Source: an uncultured Verrucomicrobiae bacterium
GTDB taxonomy: Bacteria; Verrucomicrobiota; Verrucomicrobiia; Chthoniobacterales; UBA10450
DNA length: 64,000 bases
NCBI GenBank assembly: GCA_963735805.1
Contig: CAVTMK010000002.1
Span: forward strand, 1,280,001-1,344,000
Direction: 5' to 3'
Part shown: positions 1 to 11,434 of the stretch, piece after piece
Layout of the letters: every line of letters starts with the position of its first letter
How positions within the stretch are numbered: the stretch's first letter is position 1
The notes under the pieces: model-generated
What the model was told of the DNA's origin: nothing
The model's input: the letters and a program-made list of their open reading frames with translations, nothing else
The model's database searches: none
Made by a program: the position numbers and the translations under genes

Positions 1-659
1 GCAGTTGCGACTTCGTGATGTTGGCGCTCAATCGGGACGCCGGCTTTCTCCAGTTCCAGACACATTTCGTTGCGAATGTCTTGCAGCGAATCCATCGGCG
101 AGACGGGGAAATAACCTTCCTTCGGCCGAATCTTGTAACCGAGGTTTGGAAATTCTTCGCGAGCGCTGTTCCAATGTCCTTCGACGCTATCGACCATGTA
201 TGACGCCGCGTTGCCGCTATTGGCAAATCGCACATCGTCAAAAATAAAAAATTCCGCTTCCGGTCCGATAAAGGCGGTATCGGCGATGCCGGTCGATTTG
301 AGATAAGCCTCCGCTTTTTCGGCAACACCGCGCGGGTCGCGATCGTACGGTTGGCGAGTGATCGGATCGACGATGGTGCAGATGAGACTCAACGTCGGTT
401 CGGCATTGAAAACGTCGATCCAGGCGGTCGTCGCATCCGGAATGACGAGCATGTCCGAGGCGTTGATGACGCGCCAGCCGCGGATGCTCGATCCGTCGAA
501 GCCGAGACCATCAGTGAAAATTTCCTCGTTGTATTCGGTAAGCGTAGTCGTGAAATGCTGCCAGGTACCGAGCAAATCGGTGAACTTGAAGTCGATCAAC
601 TTCACGTTGCTCTCTTTGATCATTTTGCTGACGTCGGAAGGAGTTTTGTCTTTGGCCAT
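1..659 (-). CDS. glnA: Glutamine synthetase type I, N-terminal part (runs off the window)
   Basis: Not in the ORF track; translated by hand from the ATG at 659: [35 protein letters not shown]...[10 protein letters not shown]...DRDPR...[12 protein letters not shown]...HHEVATA, all GS-I motifs. Lies downstream of glnB. Confidence 0.97.
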   Translation of the reverse strand, partial: MAKDKTPSDVSKMIKESNVKLIDFKFTDLLGTWQHFTTTLTEYNEEIFTDGLGFDGSSIRGWRVINASDMLVIPDATTAWIDVFNAEPTLSLICTIVDPITRQPYDRDPRGVAEKAEAYLKSTGIADTAFIGPEAEFFIFDDVRFANSGNAASYMVDSVEGHWNSAREEFPNLGYKIRPKEGYFPVSPMDSLQDIRNEMCLELEKAGVPIERQHHEVAT

Positions 660-666
660 TGTTTTG

Positions 667-770
667 TGTTGAAGGGTTGAAGCGTTGAACCGTTAAAAAG
701 TTAAAACCGTTAAATGCTTAACCGTCAAATTCCCGAACCGCTTCACGCTTTAACGTTTCAACGGTTCAAC
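667..770. repeat. Degenerate octamer repeat in inverted arrangement between glnB and glnA
   Basis: GTTGAAGG/GTTGAAGC/GTTGAACC/GTTAAAAA... facing ...TTTAACG/TTTCAACG/GTTCAAC. Confidence 0.6.
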
Positions 771-789
771 CGACGGCGCGGAACGCCTG

Positions 790-1140
<351 letters not shown>

Positions 1141-1345
1141 TCAGCATTGCACGGTCTCTCGCAATCGAAACCTAAACGCAGCACGCGCTCTCTTAGCAAT
1201 GCCGCGATGCGATTGCAAGCACGGTTTTTTTGAGCACGTAATTCGCGATTTGCGAACGGTGAATTCGAAAAACGATGTAACGATTTTACGATTTACGATT
1301 CACGAACTCTTGCCGCATCCGGCCGCACATTTATAGTGAGCGTAC

Positions 1346-4300
1346 ATGCCTCGCGACTCTTTCGTTCACCTCCATTTGCACACTGAATACTCGCTGCTGG
1401 ACGGTGCCATCCGGATGAAAGAGCTGATGAAAAAGGCGGTCGAATTCAAAATGCCCGCCGTCGCAATCACCGATCACGGCAATTTGTTCGGAGCGATTGA
1501 ATTTTTCCAGGAAGCCCAGCGCGCCGGAGTAAAGCCGATCATCGGTTGCGAGGCTTATATCGCGCCAGGATCGCATAAAGACCGGCCGGGATCGCGGCGC
1601 GACGCAGCGTATCACTTCACTCTATTGGCGGAAAACGAGACTGGTTACCGAAACCTGGTGAAGCTGATCACGACCGCGCACCTGGACGGGTTTCATTATG
1701 CGCCGAGAATCGATAAGGAGCTCCTCGCGGCGCGATCTGAGGGTCTGATCGGGTTGAGTGGCTGCCTGGCAGGCGAAATCAACAGCGCTATCCAGGCAAA
1801 CAATATCGAGAAGGCAAAACAGAGCGCGGCCGAATACCGCGACATTCTCGGCGCGAAAAATTTCTTTATCGAATTGCACGATCACGGAATCGAAGAACAG
1901 CGCATGTGCATGACCGCCCTGCCGCAAATTGCGCGCGACATCGGCGTCGGAATGGTTGCGGCGAACGATGTTCACTTTCTACGACGGAGCGATCATCAGG
2001 CGCATGATGTGATGCTCTGCATCGGCACAGGCAAAATGGTGCAGGACGAAAACCGGATGCGTTACGTTCCGGAGCTGTTTTTCAAATCCCCGGCCGAAAT
2101 GCGCGAGTTGTTTCGAGATTTTCCCGAAGCGATCGCGAATACCCTAGAGATTGGCGAACGCTGTCAGGTCGATCTGGAGTTTGGGCGCTCCAAGTATCCG
2201 GAATATCCAGCCCCGCCCGGGAAAACGCGCGAACAATATTTGCACGAACTTTGTTACGACGGTTTACGGCAGCGCTACGGCGAGCGCGCAGCGAACGATC
2301 CGGAGCTGGCTCAACGGCTCGATTACGAGTTAGGTGTTTTCGAAAAAACCGGCTTCGTCAGCTATCTGCTCATTGTTTGGGACTTCATTCATTTTGCGAA
2401 ACAGAAAAGTATTCCCGTAGGTCCCGGACGCGGCTCGGCTGCGGGTTCGATAGTTGCTTACGTTCTGGGAATCACTGACATCGATCCACTTCAGTTCGGA
2501 CTGCTTTTCGAGCGGTTTTTAAATCCGGACCGTGTTTCGCCGCCGGATATCGACGTTGATTTTTGCGAAGCGCGTCGCAGCGAAGTGCTCGAATACGTGC
2601 GGCAGAAATATGGTGACCGCCGCGTCGCGCAGATCATCACGTTTGGCAAGCTCAAGGCGAAAAGTGTTGTTCGCGATGTCGGGCGAGTGATGGGGTGGAG
2701 CTACCGCGATGCGGATCGCATTGCCAAGATGATTCCAAATGAGCTAAACATCACGCTCGATTCAGCCGTCGAAAAAAATCCGGAACTGAAACGAGCCGTA
2801 TCCACTGAGGCCCAGACACGGCAGCTGTTTGATTACGCAAAAGTTCTGGAAGGCTTGTCGCGCAATGCCGGTGTGCATGCCGCCGGAGTGGTGATCGCCG
2901 ATCGGGACCTGTCTGATTACATCCCTCTCTGCCGTGACGTGAAAGGCAACGACGTGATCAGCCAGTACGCCATGGGACCGCTTAACGATCTGGGCCTGCT
3001 GAAAATGGATTTCCTCGGACTGAAAACGCTCACAGTCATTGAGGACACGCTGGCTCTGATTCATCAGCGCGACCCAAACTTTTCCGTAAAGGACATTCCA
3101 CTGGATGACGCAGCCGCGTTTGCGCTCTATAACCGCGGCGAAACGATCGGCCTGTTCCAGATGGAATCTGGCGGGATGACCAACTTGTCGAAGCAGTTCG
3201 ACGTAAAGAAGCTCGACGACATCATCGCGTTGATTGCCCTTTACCGGCCCGGGCCAATGGAACTCATCCCCGAATACGTGAAAGCGAAAAAAGGGGTTAC
3301 GCCGATCAAATATCTGCATCCGCTCCTCGAAAGTATCTGCGCCGAGACCTATGGCGTGATGATTTACCAGGAACAGGTAATGGCCGCGGCTAGTAAACTA
3401 GGCGGTTACTCACTTGCCCAAGCCGATCTTCTCCGGCGCGCCATGGGCAAGAAAGACAAGGAGAAGATGGCGAAAGAGAGGAAAAATTTCATCGAAGGCT
3501 GCGCTCGGACAAACAAGATTCCCGAGAAAAAAGCGAATGCGATTTTCGATTTGCTGGAAAAATTCGCAGGTTACGGATTCAACAAGAGTCACAGCGCAGC
3601 CTACGGAGTGATCAGTTATCAGACTGCCTATCTCAAAGCGCATTATCCGGTGGAATTCATGGCGGGTTTGCTGAGCAACGAAATCAATAACACAGACAAA
3701 ATTTCTGTTTTCGTCGGCGAATGCAGACGAATGGGTATTTCCATTTTGCCACCCGATATTAACCAGAGCGGGTTGAAGTTTGTTCCTGCAACTGTAGCCG
3801 CGGGCGCCGACCGCGGTGCGATAGCGCCTTCACAGCCAGTCGGGGTCAGCGACCCCGGCAACAGCGGCTACAACGCGATTCGCTACGGGCTTGCCGCGAT
3901 CAAACATGTCGGTGAAACAGCCATGGAAGCGGCAATTAGCGAACGCGAAGAACGAGGTGATTTCACTTCCCTGGAGGACTTCTGCACCCGATTGGACTCA
4001 CGCGTTGCAGGCCGGAAGATGCTGGAGAGCCTGATCAAGGCCGGCGCATTTGATTTCCTGGGCCGCGATCGTTCCGAACTCTTTAGCTGTATTGATGACG
4101 CGGTCATGTCATCCGCTGCAGCGCAGCGCGACAAGATTGCTGGTCAGGTTTCGCTCTTTGATGAAGCAACGGCTTCCACAACTTCGAGGAAAAGGCAGGC
4201 TGTCCCCTGGAGCGAGCACGAAAAACTTTCCTATGAGAAAGAGCTGCTCGGTTTTTACGTTAGCGGCCATCCGCTTGATGCGTATGCGGATCTTTTCGCG

Positions 4301-4867
4301 GCGAAAAATTATCGATCGATTGCTTCATTAGGCGGACTGGATGATCGCGCCCCGTTCAAGATTGCCGGTGCGATTGTGGAGGTGGAGAAAAAGTTTACGC
4401 GGAAAGAAGGCAAGCCTTTCGCCGTGGTTTGGATCGAAGACCGGACGGATATGCTGGAAGTGGTGGTATGGAACGAAGTTTACCTGAAAGTTTCAAACGC
4501 CCTGGTGGCGGGGCGCGTTATCGAAATTAGAGGAACGCTGGATAAACGTGAAGAGGTTCTTCGCGCTGTGGCGCAGGATATCAGGACGCTCGCTGCGCGA
4601 AAGTCCAACGGGTCGACTGAAGAATCGGCAGACCGAAATCAGGAATCGGTGGTCATTTTGCAATTCTCGCCGGCGACAACGGAGGATGAACTACGCGAGG
4701 TGCGCAGGATTCTGGCCAGCTCGCCGGGCCGGCGTCGGGTGCGATTACTGTTTGACCGCACAAACGGCAATCCGTTGCGTCTTGACGTTGGTCCGGAATT
4801 TCGTGTGAATCTCACACGCGATCTCGAGGAGAAACTTTCGCCCTGGCTGGTAACGGCGCAATCGTAG
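1346..4867 (+). CDS. dnaE: DNA polymerase III alpha subunit
   Basis: PHP domain [42 protein letters not shown]-terminal OB fold; 1173 aa. Confidence 0.98.
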   Translation: MPRDSFVHLHLHTEYSLLDGAIRMKELMKKAVEFKMPAVAITDHGNLFGAIEFFQEAQRAGVKPIIGCEAYIAPGSHKDRPGSRRDAAYHFTLLAENETGYRNLVKLITTAHLDGFHYAPRIDKELLAARSEGLIGLSGCLAGEINSAIQANNIEKAKQSAAEYRDILGAKNFFIELHDHGIEEQRMCMTALPQIARDIGVGMVAANDVHFLRRSDHQAHDVMLCIGTGKMVQDENRMRYVPELFFKSPAEMRELFRDFPEAIANTLEIGERCQVDLEFGRSKYPEYPAPPGKTREQYLHELCYDGLRQRYGERAANDPELAQRLDYELGVFEKTGFVSYLLIVWDFIHFAKQKSIPVGPGRGSAAGSIVAYVLGITDIDPLQFGLLFERFLNPDRVSPPDIDVDFCEARRSEVLEYVRQKYGDRRVAQIITFGKLKAKSVVRDVGRVMGWSYRDADRIAKMIPNELNITLDSAVEKNPELKRAVSTEAQTRQLFDYAKVLEGLSRNAGVHAAGVVIADRDLSDYIPLCRDVKGNDVISQYAMGPLNDLGLLKMDFLGLKTLTVIEDTLALIHQRDPNFSVKDIPLDDAAAFALYNRGETIGLFQMESGGMTNLSKQFDVKKLDDIIALIALYRPGPMELIPEYVKAKKGVTPIKYLHPLLESICAETYGVMIYQEQVMAAASKLGGYSLAQADLLRRAMGKKDKEKMAKERKNFIEGCARTNKIPEKKANAIFDLLEKFAGYGFNKSHSAAYGVISYQTAYLKAHYPVEFMAGLLSNEINNTDKISVFVGECRRMGISILPPDINQSGLKFVPATVAAGADRGAIAPSQPVGVSDPGNSGYNAIRYGLAAIKHVGETAMEAAISEREERGDFTSLEDFCTRLDSRVAGRKMLESLIKAGAFDFLGRDRSELFSCIDDAVMSSAAAQRDKIAGQVSLFDEATASTTSRKRQAVPWSEHEKLSYEKELLGFYVSGHPLDAYADLFAAKNYRSIASLGGLDDRAPFKIAGAIVEVEKKFTRKEGKPFAVVWIEDRTDMLEVVVWNEVYLKVSNALVAGRVIEIRGTLDKREEVLRAVAQDIRTLAARKSNGSTEESADRNQESVVILQFSPATTEDELREVRRILASSPGRRRVRLLFDRTNGNPLRLDVGPEFRVNLTRDLEEKLSPWLVTAQS
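3793..3872. repeat. REP-like palindrome inserted in frame in dnaE
   Basis: TGTAGCCGC...GCGGCTACA terminal inverted repeat with internal hairpin CGGGGTC-AGC-GACCCCG. Confidence 0.75.
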
Positions 4868-4909
4868 CCGAGTTTCTGCGTCCGCCAACTTCGACGGTAG
4901 TCTTTCCTA

Positions 4910-7222
4910 TCATCTGTTTGTTCGTTTTCCCGGGCGAGGGGTTTGCGTGGGATGTGCCTCCGGCCTCGGAAGTACTCCCAGTACCAGGGTTGCTTGTTCC
5001 GGCCCAGGCTCCGAGAAACACAATGGAAATTCCCGGCTGACGCCGTTGGGATCTGGAGTGTAAAAGGGTTGAGCCACCGCACGCTCTTTCAAACTGATGG
5101 TCCAGCTCGATCGAAAGAGCGCTCCACGAAATTGCAACGCGTCGATCGAGGGCGCGAGAGTGAACGGCACCGCCGTCAATTCGATTTTCTCCGTGCAACC
5201 TATCGGGTACTGGGTCAGATCGAACGTCGGCATTGCTCCGGTCAATTTGATGATCACATCATTGGTATTCTGAAAATCGATTTCCCCGCTAAGAGAAAGA
5301 TCGGCGTCTTTGGTCGCGACATTGAGAAACTCTATTGTGCCGCGACTCCCTTCCAAAACGATGTGACCACTTGTTTCGGTGAGATTGAAAGGAGTCCCTC
5401 CTTTTCCGGTCAACTTTCCGTTCACCAGCTGGATGTCCCCATCTATGCGCGGACGTTGCAGTGTTTCGGAAAGCGAAATGTTTCCACTTAGAATGCCGTC
5501 ATGGAAGATTGGTGGGTGAAAAAGCTGAGGGGCGTTTGCGAGAAAGATGGATGGAAAGTTCAGTGTAACGTTCAGTGGAGCGATCCGAAGAGCGTTCCAA
5601 TCAGTGCCGATTCGCAAAGGAAAATTGGCTGTGACGCTTATCGGACTGGAATTAGGCATGTGAATCACGCCGCGTACATCCCACTTGCTGGAATCGATGG
5701 TTGCCTGAACATCAGCCGGAATTGGGTTTGCTTTTTCATTTGCTCCGCGGGGAACCGACAGATAATCGATCAGGTCATTCAATCTGGCTTCCAGCGTTCC
5801 TGAGTAGTTGTGCGCTTGCGAAAGATCGATTTTGCCTTGTCCGCTGAGAGAATCGTTTTTTCGCGTCATCGCTAATTGTTCGATCTCCAGTTGGTCCGGT
5901 TTCAAATTCAGTTTTGCGCTCAGATTGTCGATGGCGGTCTTAAAAAATGTGAGCGATGCGCCCTCGACCATGAGATGTCCGCCAAATTTGCGATCACGCG
6001 TGTCCATCGCTCCGTCAATCGTGATTTTGCCTGCAAAATCGCCGGCGTTCGCCCCAAAAAGAGCGGCAAAATCGCCTAACTGATCGATCGATGCGGAAAT
6101 GTTTCCGCGAAAATCCGGACTGAGCCACCCGGACGCATTTGAGGGAAATGCAGCTTCACCGCTTAAAGTGAACTGGTTTGTTTGCTGCTTTATATAGAGC
6201 TGCTGCAACTGAATCTGCCGATTATAGAGCGCGGCGCCGACCATCATCGCTTCAGCCGTCCGATTTCGCCAGGTGAGACCGGTCAATTCACTCCAAAGCG
6301 ACGCGGTCACCCTGTCCGGTTCGGCGAGATTTCCACGAAAAGTGAAATTACCAGCGTGGAGCAAACCGCTAACGCGATCTGCAAATCCGAATGCTTCCGA
6401 GGTTTGTTCCAAAGAGATGTCCGTAGCACCCCCGGCAATTTTCCAGTTGGAATGTTGAGAGCGCCACTCGTGTGAAATCGTTCCGCGAATTTTTCCACCG
6501 AACACGTCGGCATCGAATTGCAATCCCATGCGTTGGTTCCCCAGGCGCGACAAGTCTGCGGTAGCGAACTGCAGGTCGAGACCGTGTGTTAAAGTGACCC
6601 CGGCGATTGTCAGGTGATCGCCTTCCCAATGCGTTGCACCGCGCAGTTGCGAAAAAGTCTGATGAAACCATGGCGACGCGATCATGATCTCGGCAGCAGT
6701 GAAACGGCCCGCTTCAGCCTGATTCGCGGATAGAAATCCGTTTCGCAGTAAAACAGTGGTCGGCCCGGTTTCAATCCGCACCTCCGAGTTGGCAATCACC
6801 AGATTCTCCGGAAGCATTCTGTGCAACGTTGCCCAACCGCGCCGGGTTATCGCCCGCACAATCGGATTGCTTCTGCGCAGCTCGCCATGCAATTCTCGAA
6901 TCGACAGGTTGCGGATGGCACGGCCGCCTCCGTGCAGGAGGATATGTTTGAAATTCAAGTCGAACATTGCATCCGTCAGGGTGAGATCAACGCGGAGCGC
7001 GTCATCGTGCGCGGTTGTCAGGTGAAGCTGGCGGATTACAACGGGACGCAGAAACGGTGCATCGATCTTGTCGATGTTAACAGTGAAGCCTTCCTGCCTG
7101 GCTCTCCACCAGATCCACCAGCGAACACCATGGGAAACGGCTGATGGCGCGAACCAAACTGCCGCCAATGCCGCGAGCAGGAGAAACAAACCAACCAGGA
7201 TGAAGCGACTTTTCAGGGCCAT
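4910..7222 (-). CDS. AsmA/TamB-like beta-rich periplasmic protein with N-terminal membrane anchor
   Basis: 770 aa ORF, N-terminal hydrophobic helix, amphipathic beta-strand repeats (GILSGNISLSETLQRPRIDG). Confidence 0.6.
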   Translation of the reverse strand: MALKSRFILVGLFLLLAALAAVWFAPSAVSHGVRWWIWWRARQEGFTVNIDKIDAPFLRPVVIRQLHLTTAHDDALRVDLTLTDAMFDLNFKHILLHGGGRAIRNLSIRELHGELRRSNPIVRAITRRGWATLHRMLPENLVIANSEVRIETGPTTVLLRNGFLSANQAEAGRFTAAEIMIASPWFHQTFSQLRGATHWEGDHLTIAGVTLTHGLDLQFATADLSRLGNQRMGLQFDADVFGGKIRGTISHEWRSQHSNWKIAGGATDISLEQTSEAFGFADRVSGLLHAGNFTFRGNLAEPDRVTASLWSELTGLTWRNRTAEAMMVGAALYNRQIQLQQLYIKQQTNQFTLSGEAAFPSNASGWLSPDFRGNISASIDQLGDFAALFGANAGDFAGKITIDGAMDTRDRKFGGHLMVEGASLTFFKTAIDNLSAKLNLKPDQLEIEQLAMTRKNDSLSGQGKIDLSQAHNYSGTLEARLNDLIDYLSVPRGANEKANPIPADVQATIDSSKWDVRGVIHMPNSSPISVTANFPLRIGTDWNALRIAPLNVTLNFPSIFLANAPQLFHPPIFHDGILSGNISLSETLQRPRIDGDIQLVNGKLTGKGGTPFNLTETSGHIVLEGSRGTIEFLNVATKDADLSLSGEIDFQNTNDVIIKLTGAMPTFDLTQYPIGCTEKIELTAVPFTLAPSIDALQFRGALFRSSWTISLKERAVAQPFYTPDPNGVSREFPLCFSEPGPEQATLVLGVLPRPEAHPTQTPRPGKRTNR

Positions 7223-7404
7223 TTAGATTGTTGTAGCAACGGCGAAACACCCGCCTTCGCTCGACGCACGGCGTGCCAGGCGAATGACGAATGGCCAGAC
7301 CGCGTTAAGGCGTTGAACCTTTGAACCGTGAATCCCGCGTAACAACGAAACGAATTACGAATCACGTGGCCGTTGTCGTAATTGAAGCTAATGATGCTCA
7401 TTCG

Positions 7405-8097
7405 TCATTTGGCTTCGTTTGTGGTTCCACCGTTGAAAATCAAACGCAGCGGTTGCGGCGCGTGGACGCGTTGCTCGATTTGCTGCTGCAATGCAAGTTC
7501 GGCTTCGGCGGGCAAATCGCTTTCCTCTGCTTTTTCCCGTGCAATCTGAGGCAGGATCGATAATTCGCTTTGCACATCCTGTCCTGAAATGCGGTTCCAC
7601 AATCCGTTTTCAAACGCGAGGACGTCCACCTGATCCTGTTCGATACCAAGGATGCGGGCGTGAGGCAGCTGGACGACGATTTCATTCGGGCGAATATCGA
7701 TTGACACGTTGCGTTGTAGATCGAAGCCGGCTTTGACGATGAATGTGCCATGCAGCTTTACCCGCTTTGAACTGCCTGCCCAGGTATGGATGAGTTCGTG
7801 TTCAACTTCAATGCGCCGTGACAAGACAACCAGCTCGCTCACAGGAGTCGTCTGTTCCATGTAGACGCGGTTGTTGATCGTAATGCGCGGCTGCAAATGT
7901 GTGACGTCGACAAAAGCGGCGCGCAAATCCTTGCCCAGCTTCTCGAGTTCGGCGGTGCCTTGCTGCGCTGTGCGGGCTGGCCAGGTTTCGATGCGCAAAA
8001 AAATAATCACCACCACGGCCGCCATGGCGAGCGCGACTAGCACGAACGCAATTGGCCACGAAATGCGTCCTGATTTTGTAACCGAATGACAAACCAC
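7405..8097 (-). CDS. DUF4230-like single-pass membrane protein
   Basis: N-terminal TM helix; VKAGFDL...IVVQLPHARIL pattern typical of DUF4230. Confidence 0.7.
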   Translation of the reverse strand: MVCHSVTKSGRISWPIAFVLVALAMAAVVVIIFLRIETWPARTAQQGTAELEKLGKDLRAAFVDVTHLQPRITINNRVYMEQTTPVSELVVLSRRIEVEHELIHTWAGSSKRVKLHGTFIVKAGFDLQRNVSIDIRPNEIVVQLPHARILGIEQDQVDVLAFENGLWNRISGQDVQSELSILPQIAREKAEESDLPAEAELALQQQIEQRVHAPQPLRLIFNGGTTNEAK

Positions 8098-8210
8098 GAA
8101 TGACGAATGCCGAATTAATGACGAATGACAAATGACGAATAAGTAGCCGGTTTTATTCGCCTATTCTCGGTCTGTCAGTTCTTTGTCATTCATCATTCGA
8201 ATTTCGTCAT
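8095..8210. repeat. Degenerate heptamer tandem repeat with an inverted copy
   Basis: (GAATGAC)n-like tract at 8097-8140 and complementary TTGTCATTCATCATTCGAATTTCGTCAT near 8183-8210. Confidence 0.65.
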
Positions 8211-8211
8211 C

Positions 8212-8254
8212 AAAAAAATTACCGCCCCCCACACCCGATGGGCGTGAAGGGCGG
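8212..8254 (-). terminator. Intrinsic terminator on the minus strand
   Basis: Minus-strand RNA CCGCCCUUCACGCCC-AUC-GGGUGUGGGGGGCGG forms a 15-bp stem with 3 G-U pairs, followed by UAAUUUUUUU. Confidence 0.7.
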
Positions 8255-8486
8255 CTGTTCCCCCCAGAACAATCGTAAAAAACTTCGAGGCTACTAAACG
8301 AGCTTCAAACAGATCGCAACAAATTTTATCTGAAAAATTCGCATGTGCGCCGGCGTAACAAAAAATGAGAAATGAAATCGATGACGAATCGCTGATATCG
8401 TCATTTTCAAAACCTGCGTCGCAGGCAGCGCGACAGTGGTGTTGAGCGGCGCTTGCGGAAATGCGCGTCGCAGTTTCTAGTTTTAG

Positions 8487-9047
8487 ATGCGCAATTTGGA
8501 TGAAGGGCCAGCGTCGCGCAGCCTGGCTGGTTCGTTGCTGGTCGCTCATCCCAGTATGCTTGATCCCAATTTCCGGCGCACCGTGCTTTTCGTTTCCGAG
8601 CATGACCCAGGAGAGGGTGCTCTGGGCGTCATTATCAATCGCCCGCTTGACACACAGGTCGCGGATCTGGTGACCGAGACACCGCCGGCGGGCCTTGCCG
8701 AGGTGCCTGTTTTTCTCGGTGGACCTGTTGGTAAAAATCAGCTGATGTTTGCGGCGTTTGAATGGCACCAGAGCAGCGGGCTCAGGCTCAATCACAATGT
8801 CGGTTCAAAGAAAACAAACGATGCAGCCAAAAAAGTAATTACGGTTTGCGCATTTGTAGGGTATGCGGGCTGGGGAGCAGGACAGCTTGAGAACGAGGTG
8901 AAACAGAAAGCCTGGCTTCTCCAAAAAGCCAACCCGTCGGTACTTAAACTTGATCGCCTTCCGAACTTGTGGTTCGACATTATGCGGAGCCTGGGACCGT
9001 GGTATAAAATGCTGGCCGCGGCGCCAGACGATCCGTCACTGAATTGA
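8487..9047 (+). CDS. YqgE/AlgH family protein
   Basis: GSLLVAHPSMLDPNFRRTVLF...GVIINRP...GGPV...GYAGWGAGQLENE...DPSLN. Confidence 0.92.
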   Translation: MRNLDEGPASRSLAGSLLVAHPSMLDPNFRRTVLFVSEHDPGEGALGVIINRPLDTQVADLVTETPPAGLAEVPVFLGGPVGKNQLMFAAFEWHQSSGLRLNHNVGSKKTNDAAKKVITVCAFVGYAGWGAGQLENEVKQKAWLLQKANPSVLKLDRLPNLWFDIMRSLGPWYKMLAAAPDDPSLN

Positions 9048-9052
9048 GCGTT

Positions 9053-9128
9053 GGATGTGAGAACCGAGATGTGAGAAGTGATTTAGCTTGATTCTACGTC
9101 TCACTTTTCACTAATCACTTCTCACCTT
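9053..9128. repeat. Degenerate heptamer repeat in inverted arrangement
   Basis: ATGTGAGA...ATGTGAGAAGTGA facing TCTCACTTTTCACTAATCACTTCTCAC. Confidence 0.6.
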
Positions 9129-9132
9129 CTCT

Positions 9133-10230
9133 ATGATCATTGGCATCCCGAAAGAAATTAAAGAGCAGGAGCAACGTGTTGGCCTGCTCCCATCGGCTGC
9201 GAACCAGCTCACACGACGAGGTCATTCGGTCTTGGTACAAAAGAACGCCGGTGTCGGCTCCGGTTACCCGGACGAAGAATACGTCAAAGCTGGCGCTGAG
9301 ATTGTCGACGAAGCGAAGGAACTTTTCGCCCGGGCTGACATGGTCGTGAAAGTCAAGGAGCCATTGGAAGCGGAGTTTCCTCTGTTGCATAAGGGTCAGA
9401 TTCTTTTCACGTATCTGCATCTGGCGGCCAGTAAGTCTCTCACTGAGGCACTGCTGAAATCAGGTGTGACTGCAGTAGCGTATGAGACAATTCAGGTAGA
9501 CCATCGTCTGCCATTGCTCGAGCCGATGAGCGAAATCGCGGGTCGCATGTCGGTGGTGATGGGCGCCAATTTTCTCGCCAAATACAATGGCGGCAGCGGA
9601 GTGTTGCTTGGCGGAGTGCCGGGAGTCCTGCCCGGACGCGTCGTTGTTGTGGGAGGAGGCACCTCAGGCGTCAATGCCGCGCGAATGGCTGCTGGTCTCG
9701 GCGCCGACGTGACGATACTTGATGTGGACCTCGAACGTCTGCGTTATCTCGATCTGTCGATCATAAACGCAAACACTCTCTATTCGAGCGAGGCGAACCT
9801 GCTCGAGTTGATGCCCGATTGCGATTTGCTGATCGGGGCTGTGCTTTTGCCGGGAGCAAAAGCGCCGAAGTTAATCACGCGCCAGATGCTGCGAAGAATG
9901 AAGCCCGGCAGCGTGCTGGTGGATATTTCAATTGACCAAGGCGGCTGCGTAGAAACGTCGCGGCCCACCACTCATCTCGATCCCGTGTACGTCGAGGAAG
10001 GTGTGACGCACTATTGCGTGGCGAACATGCCCGCTGCCTACGCGCGCACAGCTACACAGGCGCTGACCAATGTCACGTATCGTTACGTGGAATTGCTCGC
10101 CGATCTCGGCCTGGATGGCGCATGTAAAAAACGACCGGCCCTGATTGGTGGAATCAATACCCGCGACGGACGCCTTACTTGTAAAGCGGTGGCGGAGGCG
10201 CACGGCCTCAAATACGAAGCGCCGCTTTAA
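9133..10230 (+). CDS. ald: Alanine dehydrogenase
   Basis: IGIPKEIK, KVKEP, FTYLHLAA, PMSEIAGR, GVLLGGVPGV, IDQGGC, HYCVANMP. Confidence 0.96.
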   Translation: MIIGIPKEIKEQEQRVGLLPSAANQLTRRGHSVLVQKNAGVGSGYPDEEYVKAGAEIVDEAKELFARADMVVKVKEPLEAEFPLLHKGQILFTYLHLAASKSLTEALLKSGVTAVAYETIQVDHRLPLLEPMSEIAGRMSVVMGANFLAKYNGGSGVLLGGVPGVLPGRVVVVGGGTSGVNAARMAAGLGADVTILDVDLERLRYLDLSIINANTLYSSEANLLELMPDCDLLIGAVLLPGAKAPKLITRQMLRRMKPGSVLVDISIDQGGCVETSRPTTHLDPVYVEEGVTHYCVANMPAAYARTATQALTNVTYRYVELLADLGLDGACKKRPALIGGINTRDGRLTCKAVAEAHGLKYEAPL

Positions 10231-10339
10231 TTGTCGTTTATCAAGCATTTTGCTCTTTAAAAATAGGGACTAAATGCGGTTAAAAACTGCCTTGCTCCGA
10301 TTAAGCTGATAAAGCAATATGGCTCTTCCAACTAACACT

Positions 10340-10558
10340 ATGAAAAAATACATCTGCATCCTGGCCAGTGCCGCGCTCCTTGCAGCGTGCGAGCAAAAGA
10401 CAGAGACAACCGAACCGGCGGCAACCCCAGAAGCCACGAGTCCACCAACCACAACTGAAACAACCAGTCCAGCGACGACAGTGGAGTCTCCTGCTGCGAC
10501 ATCAGAGTCTCCCGCTGCAACTACACAATCTCCTCCTGAGACGTCACCGACCCCGTAA
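10340..10558 (+). CDS. Small Thr/Pro/Ser/Ala-rich lipoprotein
   Basis: MKKYICILASAALLAAC lipobox followed by degenerate (A/T)T-x-E-S-P repeats; followed by a terminator. Confidence 0.8.
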   Translation: MKKYICILASAALLAACEQKTETTEPAATPEATSPPTTTETTSPATTVESPAATSESPAATTQSPPETSPTP

Positions 10559-10581
10559 GTCCTTCGGTTTTCCCCTTCGCG

Positions 10582-10617
10582 AAGTCTTCTCCTGATATTC
10601 TTCGGGAGAAGACTTTT
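10582..10617 (+). terminator. Probable intrinsic terminator
   Basis: AAGTCTTCTCCTGA-TATTCT-TCGGGAGAAGACTT, a 14-bp stem ending in a short T run, just after the lipoprotein stop. Confidence 0.6.
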
Positions 10618-10731
10618 GCTGTACCCATACGCGTCGGTAATCGAACGGGAGGGAGCCGCCGTGCAGGGAATGTCGTCCTAAAGGGCCGACCTCCAAAGGT
10701 TTTCTGTCTATAGTAGCGAACCGAAAATCTT

Positions 10732-11094
10732 ATGACGCGGGCGACTTCGCTTTCATTTCCAAAACAGCGCCGCTTAACGCGCGGTTCCGAGTACGAGCAC
10801 GTAAAACGAGACGGCCAGGTATGGCGCGGCAAACTGCTACTGCTTAGCGCAAGTGCGGTCGAGAATTCCGGTCTGTGCCGTGTCGGGTTCATAACCTCTC
10901 GCAGGCTCGGAGGCGCGGTAGTTCGCAATCGTGTCCGGCGGCGTTTGCGGGAGATTGTGCGTCGGCACCAGCATGATTTACGGCAAGGCATTTGGATCGT
11001 ACTGATCGCGAGGCGAGACGCCTCGAACGCAAGCTATAGCGCCTTGGAAGATGAATGGTTGCGTCTCGCCAGACGCGCTTCTATTCTGCTCTGA
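10732..11094 (+). CDS. rnpA: Ribonuclease P protein component
   Basis: FPKQRRL...[25 protein letters not shown] (RNR motif); context with yidD and yidC. Confidence 0.95.
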   Translation: MTRATSLSFPKQRRLTRGSEYEHVKRDGQVWRGKLLLLSASAVENSGLCRVGFITSRRLGGAVVRNRVRRRLREIVRRHQHDLRQGIWIVLIARRDASNASYSALEDEWLRLARRASILL

Positions 11095-11411
11095 TGCGTT
11101 GGCTGCTTCGTTTCATAATTCGCATTTATCAATGCACGCTGTCGCCGCTGCTCCGTTTGTTGTGCGGACCTGATTCCGGCTGCCGATTTACACCGACATG
11201 TTCGGCCTATTTCCTGGAAGCAGTGGAGACGCACGGCGTCTGCCGCGGAAGCTGGCTGGGATTAAAACGCCTCGTGCGATGTCAACCGTGGGGTGGATCC
11301 GGATTTGATCCGGTACCATGTGGCAAAAGTTTAGCGCCTGGCTTGCCTGCCGCAGTAGGTATTGAGCATCTTGAATCCAGTTTGACCATTGGGCCTGGCT
11401 CTGCCGAGTAG
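11094..11411 (+). CDS. yidD: Membrane protein insertion efficiency factor
   Basis: ATG overlaps the rnpA TGA; IRIYQ...[10 protein letters not shown]...HG...[14 protein letters not shown]. Confidence 0.93.
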   Translation: MRWLLRFIIRIYQCTLSPLLRLLCGPDSGCRFTPTCSAYFLEAVETHGVCRGSWLGLKRLVRCQPWGGSGFDPVPCGKSLAPGLPAAVGIEHLESSLTIGPGSAE

Positions 11412-11434
11412 GCGCTCAAAGACCCTTACCTTTT

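Noticed and set aside
1346..4867. Intein in DnaE
   Set aside because: The length is normal and no intein N- or C-terminal motifs are present; the only insert is the short palindrome-derived loop.
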